From: Owenia fusiformis
Lineage: Eukaryota
NCBI GenBank assembly: GCA_903813345.2
Contig: CAIIXF020000001.1
Location: forward strand, 46,810,001 to 46,874,000
DNA length: 64,000 nt
Direction: 5' to 3'
In this document: positions 1 through 14,500 of the stretch, piece after piece
Layout: the number at the start of each line of letters is the position of its first letter
Position numbering within the stretch: the stretch's first letter is position 1
Notes under the pieces: model-generated
The model's input: the letters and a program-made list of their open reading frames with translations, nothing else
Database searches by the model: none
Told to the model about the DNA's origin: nothing
Made by a program: the position numbers and the translations under genes

Positions 1-303
1 ATAGTTTGGGATATTTGAGTTTGTTTTCCGTATGACCGAGTGATCTCTCTGAATCACACATCCAAATATTATGGCTCCATCACAAACAGTTTTTAGATGT
101 CTCTTTTTTAGTAACATCTGGGTCAGTACCACAAACAACTAAATTTGAATTTAAAACTAAAGTGCCTCTGCTTCCGAAACATTTGGCATCTTGCTGCTAT
201 AGACCCATTCATGTGAATGTTATATGCATCAAAACTAGTAACTCAGCTAACAGAGAACAAATATACAAACAATATTAAAATGGACAAGTGTATTCATTTT
301 TAG

Positions 304-2251
304 GTTGGGGAATAACTGCCATAACTGGGAAGGAACATCTCAGGTACTCTGTCTTTGGTGAAGTGTTACAGACAGCGAAACTGATGTTGAAGAAAGCAAC
401 GCGTAAGATTTCTTGTTTGTATACATTGCGAAAACACATTGTAAACTAAACGAAAAATCCAATGAATTATATTAATACGAATATTATAAATATAACGATA
501 TAGTATATGCACATATGATTCAGAAATAGACGAAAACAACAGTCATGAAAAACAGACAAATATTGTTCTATTTTATGTGAGTGTTGCTCAAACAATTTAC
601 TTTTTAATATCTATATCTGTCAAAGTCATCAATACATCATCAAGATAAATCAGAAATCTCAGGAAATGTGTACAAAAATCGAGATCGCACTGAATTTACA
701 CAAAGATACATATAGCAATAACACTATCCTTCAGCCACCAAAATCTACTTGATATAACTTTGAGACTAATATAAGTCTGTATTATCTTTTCTCGTATTGA
801 TCTTGATTTTCATTCTATACGAAAAAACAACAGCCTTTGGCAAGGCCACGAACATACCTAAAGTTACAGGTCTCGCATAGTTTCCAATCACTTTTACGTT
901 AGTCACAGGATATATCATAACTGGATTTTTCATAAGCTTTACATAGGCTACATATTTATACAATCCATAAATTTTTTTTGATGCAGCCAATAGGATAACG
1001 ATGACCGAAAAGACGTGTCAGCTCTTAAAAAAATGTGGGGGCTACAGAATTAAACTAAGAGGACATATTAAACTGGAGGTAATTAATTATTCTGTGCTTA
1101 GGAGTCAGATTTTCTTTGTTCTTATTGTACATATATAAATTTTATAAATTATTATCTTGAGTGATAGTAGTATATGTATTATTTTTCTATTTTTTGGTTA
1201 CCATTTTGAAGAATTGGGAGAATTTAAACATTTCCCCCCCATTTTGGCACTTCGAATCTTTAACTTCACAAATTTATAACATGTCGTAGATCTTTTGGTA
1301 CTTGGGATTGTGAGGAAAATATTGGTTAGTCAACTGTCTATGTTGCTTGTATTTTGTCACCACAAGGATATAGATTTTTTATTTTTCAGAGATAGTTTAT
1401 TACTCTGTCTTGACGGAACATCAATTATATCTGGAAAACAAAATATATATTCTGCTACTGTAGAATCAACATGTATTTACTTTCAGAATGGAAATCGGCT
1501 GAGCACAATGTATCTTCTCGGTCGTGACATGATTCTTTCAGGAAGCGACTTTGACATTGAGCCATCATCTATGGACATATCATCAATTTCAAGTCGGATT
1601 TCGACCGTCAATTCAAAATCAGGTGATTTGAGAAACAGCAAAACTAGTAAAACACATAGTTTCATCGATCAGGTTAAAGAAATTAAAACTAAGATATCAT
1701 GGCCTTTAAATAGGTCATTGCGAAATTCATCAGAATCAATGCTAGCTCTTCAAGATATTCAAGACTTTGAAACTGAGCAACTTGGATTGACAAGAAAAAA
1801 TTCAATCTCAAAAAGAAGAAACACTCAACTTAGAAAAATGTCAAAAGCTTTCAAAGACGGCAAAACATCGACATCTACCCTTGCTCCAATAAATTGTGAA
1901 GATTTGCTTTTTATGAACGACTCATTGACGTCATTAAATAGCTCACTGGGCTCTGTAAAGGACGCTGTCATAGGTTCCTCACCTTGGTATATCCGTAAGT
2001 TATCTGCATGCTCGTATAAAGTCGAGCAGAAGTATAGGCCGAATCTTGGTTCTAAAAAGACATCCATCGGTTCCGATTCTAAGCATCAATTCGTTCAGGA
2101 TCATCCTCGGAACCAAACTGCCAACACGAATTTAACATCAACAGGAAAAGAACCCAATTATCTATCATCGAAACGTAAAATTAAGAAGGCCTCAAATGTT
2201 TCAATGCTAAGTACTATGTCCCGGTTAGAAGACATTGAAGAACCAATTTGA
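304..2251 (+). CDS. 3' end of a guanylate/adenylate (class III) cyclase-like gene with a degenerate catalytic motif and a ~240-aa Ser/Lys-rich tail
   Basis: Phase-compatible exons 304-402, 987-1078 and 1487-2251 translate to GWGITAITGKEHLRYSVFGEVLQTAKLMLKKATP / NRITMTEKTCQLLKKCGGYRIKLRGHIKLE / NGNRLSTMYLLGR. This aligns by eye to the GC consensus GPVVAGVVG..MPRYCLFGDTVNTASRMES...RIH.S..T...L...G.F....RG.V..KGKG.M.TYWL.G. The 5' part lies outside the window. Confidence 0.8.
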
Positions 2252-2833
2252 AGTTATATAGGTTATCAACAGTCTTCCAACATCTCTCGGGACCTCCCCC
2301 GTGTAGAGCTGAGACGAGCAGGTGCCCCAGTGGGTTGAAGAAAGACGATGTGTTCATGTTATTGTTAATATGTACATATGTATTTCACGCAATTGTAATT
2401 GCTATACTAAGTGTTAATAAAACGCAATTATGCTCTCTGATGTATATTTTCAATTCTTACTCTTTTGAGTATTATTGGAATCAGAAACATTGATCAGTAA
2501 AACTGGAGTAACTGGAGAACCAACCAATAAGTGATGTTGTTTAAAAAAACGAAATGAAGTATTCCATTTCAGCCAGTCCGAAAACATCTCACAAATTTAG
2601 CAAGCCACACAAATCCAAATACTCACTACTACTGTACTAATTTTAATACCATAGTTAAAATATTGCTTAAAAGAGCATTAGAGCAATTAGTGCAATTATC
2701 ACGACTGTCATTTAGGCAAATATTTTGTAACAGATTTATATATTGCATTACAGAAATATCATGAAGAATGTTATTTAATACAATATTGGACGTAGATGCA
2801 ATTATTATTTGTACAATTTATTACTTTGTTCTA

Positions 2834-3787
2834 CAGGGCGTCCACAAAAAACTATACCCAACTTCAAAGCCAGGATACTAGAATTCTGAGCAATTTTAAA
2901 AATACGAAGGTAAAAATAATAGGCCCGTTTTTCCTCCATCAAATGGTACTCATTATGTAACTATCATGGATGACTGAGCAATCATGACCATTATGAAAGG
3001 TGGTGAAATCAGCACTGTGCCAAGTTAGCATTCAAGTAGGAATGACACAGTGAATGTTTTTTTGTGTTCAAAACATTATTTATGTTCAAATTCAAACTTG
3101 TTCCATGTTCTTCACACTTTTGCATAACTTTTTGTTGATGCCTCCCTCTCCGGATATTGGATCCAAAGAGCCTCATGATCAGCAATGAAACTTCTCCTTG
3201 GTGATATGCAGCTTTGAAGTCAGTTGCATCCCCATGTAAAGTCAATAACCCTTGCTGAAATCCTCATTTTCTCGGAAGATCTCACGTTGATTGAGTCTAA
3301 AGAAGTAGATTCATGTGGAACAGTATTGCTTGAATCCATTTCAATAGTAAGAATAGGGGTTCTATAAACAGTACACTGGACTTGTTTTTTAGAACTTTTT
3401 GTTGGCTCTGCTGCTCAGTTGTCAGTTGAACCATTTTTTGCAGGCCTACTTTAGAATAAGGTTATTGTCAACACTTTTTCCATAAGAGAGTTACTCAGTC
3501 CCCGGTCCAGTTCAGTTAAAAGGCCTGTCCTCTAACATAATGTTACAGAAAAAGAATACTAAGTACATATCAATTGCCACACATGAAGGTAACTTGGCAC
3601 AGTGCTAATTTTACCACCTCTCATAATGGTCAAGATTGCTCAGTCATAGATGACCGTAACATAATGATCTAAGTTCCATTTGATGGAGAATAAATGTTTT
3701 TTTACTACTGCCTTTAATTTCTAAAAACCTGCTCAGGATTCTAGTAAATTGGTTTTGAAGTTGTGTATACTTTTTTTTGACGCCCTG
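2834..3787. mobile_element. Non-autonomous Tc1/mariner-like element with ~200-bp imperfect TIRs
   Basis: TA|CAGGGCGTC...GACGCCCTG|TA; 2834-~3030 is the reverse complement of ~3590-3787; no transposase ORF. Confidence 0.8.
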
Positions 3788-3902
3788 TAGTTTTAATAGA
3801 TGTCCAATATGATTCACATTTGACAAGAGATGATCTGAAACTCCCTGAGCCATAATCGAGGTGAGATTGACATTTACCATCCTTGCAGCAAGGGTATATA
3901 GT

Positions 3903-4077
3903 CCCGGTGTAAAAGGGTAGGCGGTCCTCTCAAATTATGGTCCTACTCTCCATTGATTTATATGGTGACCTAAATACAACTCTTTCCCTTATTATCTTAT
4001 ACACAATCAGGGCCAATAAGGGCCGTTTAGAAAGGGGACCATAATCACCAGGGGACCATAATTTCTTTCACACCGGG
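3903..4077. mobile_element. 175-bp MITE with a 6-bp TSD
   Basis: TIRs CCCGGTGTAAAAG / CTTTCACACCGGG, flanked by TATAGT at 3897-3902 and 4078-4083. Confidence 0.75.
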
Positions 4078-5505
4078 TATAGTATATTATGAATTTAAGC
4101 ATAAATAAAGTCCTACACTGGAAAGAATGACATTGATGGCGCTTTTACAATATGACGGAATAATATCAATTTTGACTTGTCGCAATGGTTGCATTTTGTC
4201 ACCTGTACTCATTCTGTTAAATTAGTGTATTCCTTCAGTCATATGTAACACCTTGATGGATCAAGACGTCCTTAACTGTGAAACATCATTCTGATTTATC
4301 AGAGCCCCTCTTTACCTAACGCTTATGAGTCTGAACTATTCCAAAAGGATAGTAAAGGCTGTGGATCCCACAATGGTGAAACATATAATGTCATAATGAT
4401 TCCATTCCATTTATCATTTGTCAATCAATATTTCAATATTTGTACAACTGCATTTACCAGAATAGACCTCATTCTAATAAGTTTTAATTAAATACATTGC
4501 AATACAATTATTTTGCATTACGTTCACATTTTACGACTGCTTGTAATAATCACGATATTCTGATCAAAGGGAAGTAAGTGATTTACATGATTACACCATA
4601 TTTATAGAGACGTTGTATCTCAATGCGCATGCGTGTTGTTGAGGGATGTTCCAGTGAAACCGGTTTGAGTTAAGGTAACATTTTTCATTTTAGCTCTTTT
4701 GTTACATTTCTCTCAACATTCGTATTTGAATAATTTCAAATCTGATTTAGTGTTAATAACACCAGGAAAATAAAAATGTCTCATCGAGGCCCCATGCATG
4801 AATTTGCCGCCATTTTAGATGTAAACGTTTAGACTTTTAGATCATCTAAAACGTTAATTATGATGCCATTAGCTTAATTCAATTTCTGAGGTCTATGTCT
4901 ATATATATCTATGTCAATAATCCGCAAATGGCCAACGAGCCCATTAAAATCATAAATAAACACCTGCATGTACAAGCGCACCAATGATAAACAAGTTGTG
5001 CCACAACAGTATGTCGCTAATACTTTTAGCAAGAAACTAATCCATTTTCATCCGTTGACTTGGTCTTTTTTACTTTTCCACGTTTGTAGTTGGTAGTATA
5101 TCAGATTGATCCTTATGTGTTAAACAGTTTTATTTCCCTGCTAACGTTTTATGCCTCCATTTAACGTAATTTAAGACAAATATCTTCTGGTTCGCCCCTC
5201 GCCACAAGTCTTAAATTTATCTCTACTGTTAGTTGAGTTTTCATGTTACTTTATTATTTCTTTATCTTTTATAAAAATGCATGCTCGTTATATTAAACTG
5301 CATCGAGATTTCCTAGCATTAACATTATTCATATTTGCATCAGTGGCAACCCATATTGAAATCTAATCATGACGAACGGAAACCAAACATATGTTATTTA
5401 CCTCTTTAAATAACAGGATACGAATGTGCGAATCAATTAAATGATGATCCGGTATATTATATAGATAAAGTTCGATTGTCTTGTAGAATTAAACAGATCA
5501 CAATT

Positions 5506-8500
5506 ATGTCTACACCTGACCGATTTGTGCAATGTCTGTTAATGTTATGGCAAATATCTGATGGATTATCCGAACAGCAACAGATAGGTATGATTATTGT
5601 TAAGTTATTGTTAAGAAATGCTTATTTTGTCACTATTTTCGCAAAATTCAGATATATATTCGTGTGAGTATGCAAGGGAAATGCTTCGATCAACCAATAC
5701 ATTGATTTAAGACGTAAACGTATATAATAAATAATTATAAATGATGATTTATACACGCCTAATCATCGAGAACGTATAGTGACAAAATATACCGTCGTAC
5801 ACTTAAGGTGTATGGTGTCACTATTAACTGATTTGAAGCGAAAACTATGATGTAGGTTTGATGGTACAGATTAACAGGTAAAGGTGATTTTTTACCCCTT
5901 GTTGAATGCTATTTTATTTTATGAAAGTGTGGAGATCTATACTAGCTAATCGAAGATGCCTTTCAAAATCCAGTTTATGCTATATCTGGAAAGTGCTGAA
6001 GTTCAAAGGTTCTAGGTTAAATAAAGTTGAAGTAATACTGTTATTGTTCAGTTTCACTTTGAAATGATGAATGATTTAATTTGTATTCTCTGTAAAACGT
6101 ACGTGCTTGTTTTGTTTTGGCGTATGCTTTCAATGTTTATTTTTATAATTGTTTAAACGGGGGCGACATAAAGACAGTATTCAACGTTTATAAACCACTA
6201 TTACTTCAATGATACACATTAATTAGCTTTCTTGCAATATGTGATTTGAGTACCACTTCTAAGGCATCTAAGCACCGCCGTTTAATAGTAACTACTCACA
6301 TTTAGATTAATATATCGACTATGTAAGAGGGGAAACTATCGCAAATTAATTCACGTACAAACCAATAACAATATATAAGGAAATCTTCAAAGAGTGTTTA
6401 CCAAATGAAGCCTGACAGTTGGACGCGCTGGGTAAGGTACAACGCAAGGGTGATGCAAATTGAGCTAACTGCATGGTGTTTTCGTCTGTACTTTAACATA
6501 ATAAGATACACTTTTATGCATTTTAATAATCTTAAGAAGTTGACAGAAAGATCTGTACTAACTAGTCGAAATATGCTATATCTGAAAAGTGTGGAGGTTC
6601 AATATAGTTCAATCAAGTTGAATTAGTAATGTTGTGATTGTTTCGTTTCAGTTTTAAATGAATCTGACCCCCCTGCCCCGTAGTATTATGAAAAATACGT
6701 TGTCTACATTAGGGTTAACTGTGAATTCAGATATGTTAGTTCAATGGGACAACGTACATCGAGATGACATCGTACACTTATGATATTTTATTTTTATTAT
6801 TCTAGCAAAAACGTGACTATATATTAAATTTTCAAACGACATTAATTATGTAACTTAGGGAAACATATTCTCATAAAAATAATCGACACTCCTAGGCGAC
6901 AGGGGAAAAGATGACCAAAGGAAATGTGAAAAAACCAACATTTTCCAACCGATTATTGTTGGTGGGTAGATTTACTGCGAAAAAATCGAGTACTGCTCGA
7001 AAATCTTTTAACGTTATTAGAAAAGTAAATGTCTTCCAAATCGAATACGTACGAAATTAAACATGAAATCCCTTAAGTATTCCTCAGATTAATCCCAGTT
7101 TTTGCTTCATATCAGTTAGAATAGTGACACCGTACTAAAGTGTACGACGGCGTGTTTTGTCACTGTACGTTGTCGATGGTTAGGCGCGTTATAAACCAAT
7201 TATAATTGATAAAATGATACAGGTTTACATAGCATAGATTCATGTGTCTACTACATAGGAATACGATCGAGTGATACACATAACATGATTGTGACAATCG
7301 AATAGATAAAAAACGACCCAAAACGTTATTATACAAGGTGAATGTAAAATTGTCAAGATGGTTGAAACAAGAAGTACATGTATTTTTTATCACATTTTGT
7401 CCATAAAAATGTATGTCTTTCAGTTTGACCTTGTTTCAATTTTGTTAGTTCAACGTATCATTATATCATATATCACCAAGGTTAGAAAAAGAAACACTAT
7501 TTCAGAAACATCACTAACATAAACTACAAAGGAGTTTAAGCATTCTTTTTCTTTTTGAAAACTTTTTCTAAAAATTGGATACAGAAAAAATGTTTTGAGA
7601 AAAAATGTTTTTTTGTCTGGGGTGGCAGTTGGTTTCTGTTGGTTGGCGTCTGTAACAAATTTTGGCAACTTCAATAACCTAAAAAATATACTGTTTAGAT
7701 TGACTTAAATGTTTTCAAAATCATCTACAAGTTTTCAGGAGTTAAAATCTGACTTTAGATTTGAGATTTGATCTTCAATGACCTTCTCAAGGTCAAAAAA
7801 GGTCAAAAAGGTCTTTTTTCAACTTGCATCAAATGGACCAATTGTTTTTCAAAATCATCTACCTTCAATGAACTTTTCAAGGTCAAAAAGGTATTTATTC
7901 AACTTGCTTTAAATTGACCAATTTTTTTTCAAATCATCTACAAGTTCTCAAAAGTTCAAATCTGACTAAGATTGAACTCATAATTAATATTGTGAGCAAC
8001 TAGGTGGTGATATTATGCCTTGTTAATGCCTTGTTTTGTTGAAGGTATATTGTAAAATAAACTAGATTTCGAACGTAATGAAATATGGCTTCGTTTTTAG
8101 GGTCTGGTTGTGCAAGTCAGCACGTCATAGAATTATCCGTTACTCCCAGTGCATCTCTGGATCTCACAACGTACCTTTCAGAAGAAACTTGTGTCAATCC
8201 CTTCGGCACATGTACATCAATTGAGCCAAGTATTGCAACATTGCGTTTATCTCAAAATGGGCAAAAAGAGACGGATCCTTTTGCGAAGAAAAAAATATCA
8301 GCATGTTTTGATCCACGTGACGGATGGAAATGGACGTACATTTCCTCAACCACACTCGGACACGATTTGTTTTCTTTGGTGTCCGTAGATGAAACCATGC
8401 TTGTATTCAAAATTGGAATACTTGATAATGAAGGTAAGCTATGTTTAAAGTTACTTTACACGACTAATGTACACTGTAATCATGGGCTCTACACTGATAG

Positions 8501-11500
8501 AGCCCATGCTGTAATAGAGGAGTGTGAAAAAGAAGAACCAACAGATTTTCATGTAGCAATCCGTCAGAAATTAAAATCAGATTGTATATCAATATGAAAT
8601 TCTGATTATCGGTTTCCTAACTTTATTAATTGTAATTGGCGGATATTTAAGGATCAATAGCTACGATTTCTACAACAGAAGAAATATCAGATGAACGAAC
8701 AAACAGACCAACGCCAACTATTACTCCAAAAATGACAAGCACACCAGGTAGAACAGCACTTTCGTTCTTTACGATTCTAGAAGCATCCGCAGTTGGGATG
8801 GACGTCACTCTTTTATGACTTGTAAATCATAACAATATTTTGTAAACTAATTAGTCACACCTAACTCATTTATATCTTGGATTACAAAGGTATCAGGTTT
8901 TCATTGATTGAATATTTTCATTTGATTGAAAATCAAACTGGTAAAATAGTATGACATGTCTTTTTAGAATCAATTTATGTCCGAAAGAAACGAATTTACT
9001 TAAATGACTTTACAATCGGCAGAATATTGATAAACAGCTAACAAAATTTCAATGACAACATTTTCATTTTCCTATTGAATAAGCTAATTTGCTAAATAGT
9101 TAAATATTCTATTAGATCTTTATTAACGATTAAAGTAATAGGTTGTCTATAAAACTTCTCCATGGACATTTGCATATAGGAAATTGTATTAGTTAATCAC
9201 AAAATTGCTATTATTTATAATTATTTAGAAATAACAATTAATGGTTAAAAAGTGTTATTAGTATTACTTAAATAACAAATATTCTATTCATTAATCCGTC
9301 CAAGGCTGAAGGCAAACATAATATATAAAGGTTATGTACTGGGAGGTTCTGGATATAGGGTTTATCAAGAAGGAGATATGCAATTATAACTGGAGGGCCG
9401 AGGGTAGATATGCATCATCTCGCGAGGGATGAACCCCATTTCCAAACCGACCGTAGATAACTGCTTTATCCTATACCCAGTTGAGTTTTCTTGAATATTT
9501 TTTTATCCATTTCTTCAAGATTTTATCAATTTTTTTTTGAATTACCGGAAGTGGGAAGATATGCCCAGGAGCGGGAAATATGGAGTTTCTGGATATCGAA
9601 ACCTCAAAATCAGGATACAAGATATATCTTACCAATTTATCTTCCTAAAACTTACCGTTTGCATTCATTCGACTTCACTTCTTGAAAGAGAGCTTGTCTT
9701 CAACTTCAACTAGTTTATAACTAGACTCTGCGCGCAGGGTACCTAAAAAACTAACTAAAAAATTCTACCGGACATAGGATAAATAGAATTATGCCTCTGA
9801 TATTTTTAATTATCTACTTATCTGGTTTCTGTAATTCGATTCCGAAGATGGGAAATTACATCTTCACCTCTTTTTGTCTTGGTTATTAGGGTTGTGTACT
9901 GGGAGGTTTTGGATACAGGGATAAATCCTGTATCCAAAACCGACCGTACATAACATATGTATTTCATACCTACTGAGGTTCTAGGTACATCATACCTTAT
10001 AAAGTTCTAAAATTCCAAAACATACTTAAGGTACGCGTTTTCTTGGTCTTAAAGTTTGCGAGATTTGCAAAAAATTGGAAAAAAGACATTTTGTTCTAGC
10101 GACAGTGTGCTCCTTGGAGAGGCAAATTAAGATAACTGTTGGAATAGGTGAGAAGGTAGAACTCAATGAATACTTACGTGATGAATACTGCGCTAAGAGT
10201 CAACAGTCGTGCTCACCAGTCAGACCTACAAGAGGGAACGTGTATGCTACAAATAGAGGCAAAAAGCAGAACGTCTTCAGTCCAAAAACCTGGAATTGTT
10301 TCAACCCATCGCGTAACAAATGGTTGTATGTGCCCAACGACTTGCCAGGAAATGACACATTTTCAGTAGTGTCGAGAAATAACACAAAACTGACAGTTCA
10401 CATTATGATTGAAGGTATGTACCCGACTACCTGAGACTAACATATCTTTTTTTGCATACCCATGCATGTTTCTTTATATATCACTATTTGCGCGAATGTG
10501 TGGCGGTTGCAATTTAGGGATAAGTAACTTTGTCCCAGTTATTTTGCCAACGTATTTTAGAGAAAGTGTGCCAATTGAGAAAGAAAATAAACCTAACTGT
10601 TAGAATTGGCGAGGAATTAGAAATCACAGATTACATACAAGCAGATTATTGTGCCAAAATCCAACAAACATGCTTACCGGTTCAACCTACACGTGGAAAA
10701 GTGCATGCCAAATATAGAGGCAAGAATATCAGATTCAACGTCTTCAATCCCAAAACCTGGAATTGCTTTAATCCAATGCGTTATAAATGGTTGTATGTGC
10801 CCAATGACTCGCCAGGAAATGACACATTTTCAACAGTGTCAAGAGATAACACAAAACTGACATTATATATTGTGATCGAAAGAAGAAAACGTATGTATGA
10901 AAGTTTTGCGAACATTTTAACATAAACGTAGAAATTGTGAAATTATTTTGTGATGGAAATGCCTTATTGAAGACAGATAATATACATTGGTTGTAGAAAG
11001 GACATGTGTAACAAAGACTTTGATTGAGTTAAATGCTACTATTGGGAGGACATTAGATATCACATCGTATCTAAAAAATGGATTTTGCACAACGACGACA
11101 GCAGTTTCGAATGAATGTTTGCCTGTCAAACCTTCAGTGGGAACTGTGAAAGGTAAAAGAAGGTACACCCGAAGAGGAACATTTGAACCATTTGTGACGA
11201 AAACCTGCTTCAAACCGAATATCTACAGATGGACGTATGTTGCTTCCGAGTCTACATCGCACAAGGAAGACTCGTTCTCTGTTATTTTAGCTAACAATGA
11301 AAAATTGGATTTCAAAATAACCATGAAAGTAGAGCCATGGTTCTTTCCTATTTTTGCGGATGAAGAAGGCCGTAACTTCCGTAAGTGCTTGTTATTTAAC
11401 GTGGTAATTTAGTTCAATAATCGAGTTTCAGGAGTTGTTATAAATTTCCATGGTAGAGTTGAGTATGGTTTGGCAACTGTACCATATTTCATAAAATTGA

Positions 11501-14500
11501 TCAATTGAATAAAACAGCTACTGTAGTTACTGAGGAAACCGTAGATGTCGGCTGCGACCACCATAACAAAACGCCCAAAGGTATAATTCATGATAAAAAT
11601 GAAGTGGTTTAATGTGTAATGCGACTATGAAAATACAGCTGAATGTTCGAACATGCTTTGTGTGCTTTTCAAAAGGGTTTGAAACCAGAGCATTTTTCAT
11701 TTTCTGCTAGTTTTCTGAATATTTACATCTAAAAACACAATGTTTGATATTTGATGTCATAAGAATAGTAAACATAGACCCATTACATACATTCTAAAAC
11801 ATAAGTTGTGAAGATTGGATAAAAAATGCCAAAGTTAGAGCAGTTTTAGTGAAAAATTCTTTGACAGATATATCTGTAGCTCTGGGTTCCAAATGGATTT
11901 TATTTGAGACAGATATATATCCGTCATTCTGGGTATTCAAGAGGTTAAGCGACATCTGGAGTTCTAAAAGGATACCCACAGGCCCCTTTTATCAGCAAAG
12001 CGATTGGTGTTGCTAGAGGTTTCGTGTTTTACGTTTATTCATTTGTATGAATGACATTTTTCTGGCTTATCATATGCTTATTTTTCAAAATATAGGGCAA
12101 AGAAATTTCGAGCCTAAAATGCATTAAAAGTAGTGTTTCGACTGATCTAGTACTATTTAGTGTATTGCATGGCTCATAGTGTATGATATATATTCAAGGT
12201 TTCTAGCCATGCATGTATTCTTATTAGATTTAGAAAGCAGAGCCAAATTTATACATTTTTATAATCAAACTTTACACAAAAAATCGTTCATGGACTCATC
12301 TTCAGACTAACTTAACTAGCAGAGTATTTCAAGGGGAGGAATTACCAAATCCAAATCAAGACTTTTGACGTCAAAATACTCCCGAAACCGTTACATATTT
12401 GAGTCCTGTACATATCTTTTATCGTGTTGTTCCCTGATGTTTTCCAATCATCTCCGATCCGCATCTTTCGGTCCCTTACCCTACTATCACACCAAACTAG
12501 TTCTCACTACGTTCTCGAAAACGGGCTTAAACTGTGCACGAACGGATTTGACGTACTAAGAACCAACTAAGAACCATTTGGGATCTGTTTACAAACTTCA
12601 TGAAACTACTAGAACGAGTAGGTCCTCCAGAACTTAGAGCATGCTCAAAATTTTCTGGTGATCGTCAAAACGTTGCCGAATGGGTTTTAAACTGTGTGCG
12701 AACTGAATGAACGTATATACAACGTTCTACGGTCTGTTTACGAACTTCATGGACTTTCCCGGACGGGGAATGTGATTTAGAATCGATTCAAAATTCGATG
12801 GCGACCATGCCGTTCTGTAATCAGGTCATGATGACCTTCTAGACTAAGGGACGGTTTATACTACGTTGCACACCGACATGGTGCGACCTGAACGAACTGC
12901 GAATAAGATGGACGTATTGAAGACTGTTTATGAACGAAGTAGCTAATTATTTTAGACATATATCCCGACCGCAGCCAGATTGAGCCCGTTTTACGACATT
13001 TTCGTAGGACTAACAAGAACGGCTAAGAACTAGTTTGGTGTGATAGGGGGGTTAAAAAGGCAATTGTAATCGTATTCATATCCGGGTGAGGAATGGTCAT
13101 TGAAGTACCACCGATAACATGGGATATGTTTATATCGTTATTATTTGAAGCATTTTGAAATTTAAAATTTCAATTACAACTCTACATTAAATACTCTTGA
13201 TAACATCACAAAAATACTAAATTGTATTGCAGAAAACAACTGCCAGGTAACAGAAGTTGTATATCTAAATGTAACAGCTACAAAAGCAATAGGGCTTACC
13301 AAGTATATGGAAAAGGAACGATGTACGGGTACTCACGGTTTATGCTCTGCAAGGAAGCCGTCACAAGGAGCTCTGCGAGTGAAAGGTTCCGATCCATTTA
13401 AGATGTCTAATCTAGGAAACTGTTGGAACGCAACACGCCTTAAATGGACTTATACGTCAATGAATGATAGGGATGGTCAGGATGAATTTTCTATTGTGTC
13501 ACTTGGTAACACTGAACGAAAATTCGTAATATCCATAATCAAAGGTAAGATGTTTATCTCCGTCTACACTGATTTCTGACTTGGTTATGAAAACGTGAGT
13601 TATGCTACTGACGAGGAGATCAGGAGGGCTGGAGCAAAATAAAATTTTATTTATGAGGACGTTCTATTGTGATTTTTATTTTATTTTATTGCTTTTTCAT
13701 TTCAGAAAGCACCTGTGTGTTAAACGATGTGGTATATTTGAATGTAACTGCTACAAAAACATTAGACATAACAGAATATTTGGGAACTGAATATTGTACG
13801 GGTGTTCAGAATGCATGCTCTGCAACAGAACCGCTAAAGGGAGATTTGAATGTGAGAAAAAACGTAAATCGATTAAATCCATTCGAGATTACTGGCTGTT
13901 TTAATCCCAAAAGCGGCTACAAATGGACGTACACGTCTCTGTTTGATACTAGTGGACAAGACGTGTTTTCCGTTGTATCAAAGACTGGCACAATACTTAC
14001 ATTTAACATATCTATCTCCAAAGGTAACTTTCTCATGTAATCATATACATAAAACATTATTACCTATATGACAAGTAAATTGTACTTGGCACATGGCGTC
14101 TTTTACTGGCACGAATGCATGTGGTGTATATATCTACCTTATATCACGTACCAATCAAAACTATGCTTGTCTAGGCTTGTATAATAGCTAAGCCACAAAA
14201 ATCCATTGTTTTATCCACATTGAGAACCATCATTCAACAATATATCACAGATCAGAACTACTGAAATGTGAAAATTAGTAAGAATTTTTCTTCTTAAGTC
14301 AACATACCAGGGGCGGATCCAGGATTTTGTGTTATCTGGGGGGGGGGGTGTTTGATAATAACCGTGAGCGAAGCTTAAGGGGACCGCGTGAGTGGGCGCA
14401 GCGACCGAGTGCGAGAATAGGGAGGTCTGGGGTCCCCCAGAAAATTGAACATCATTTGGTGCATTTTGACCAATTTCAGAGCGTAGGTCCAATTCCCGGG

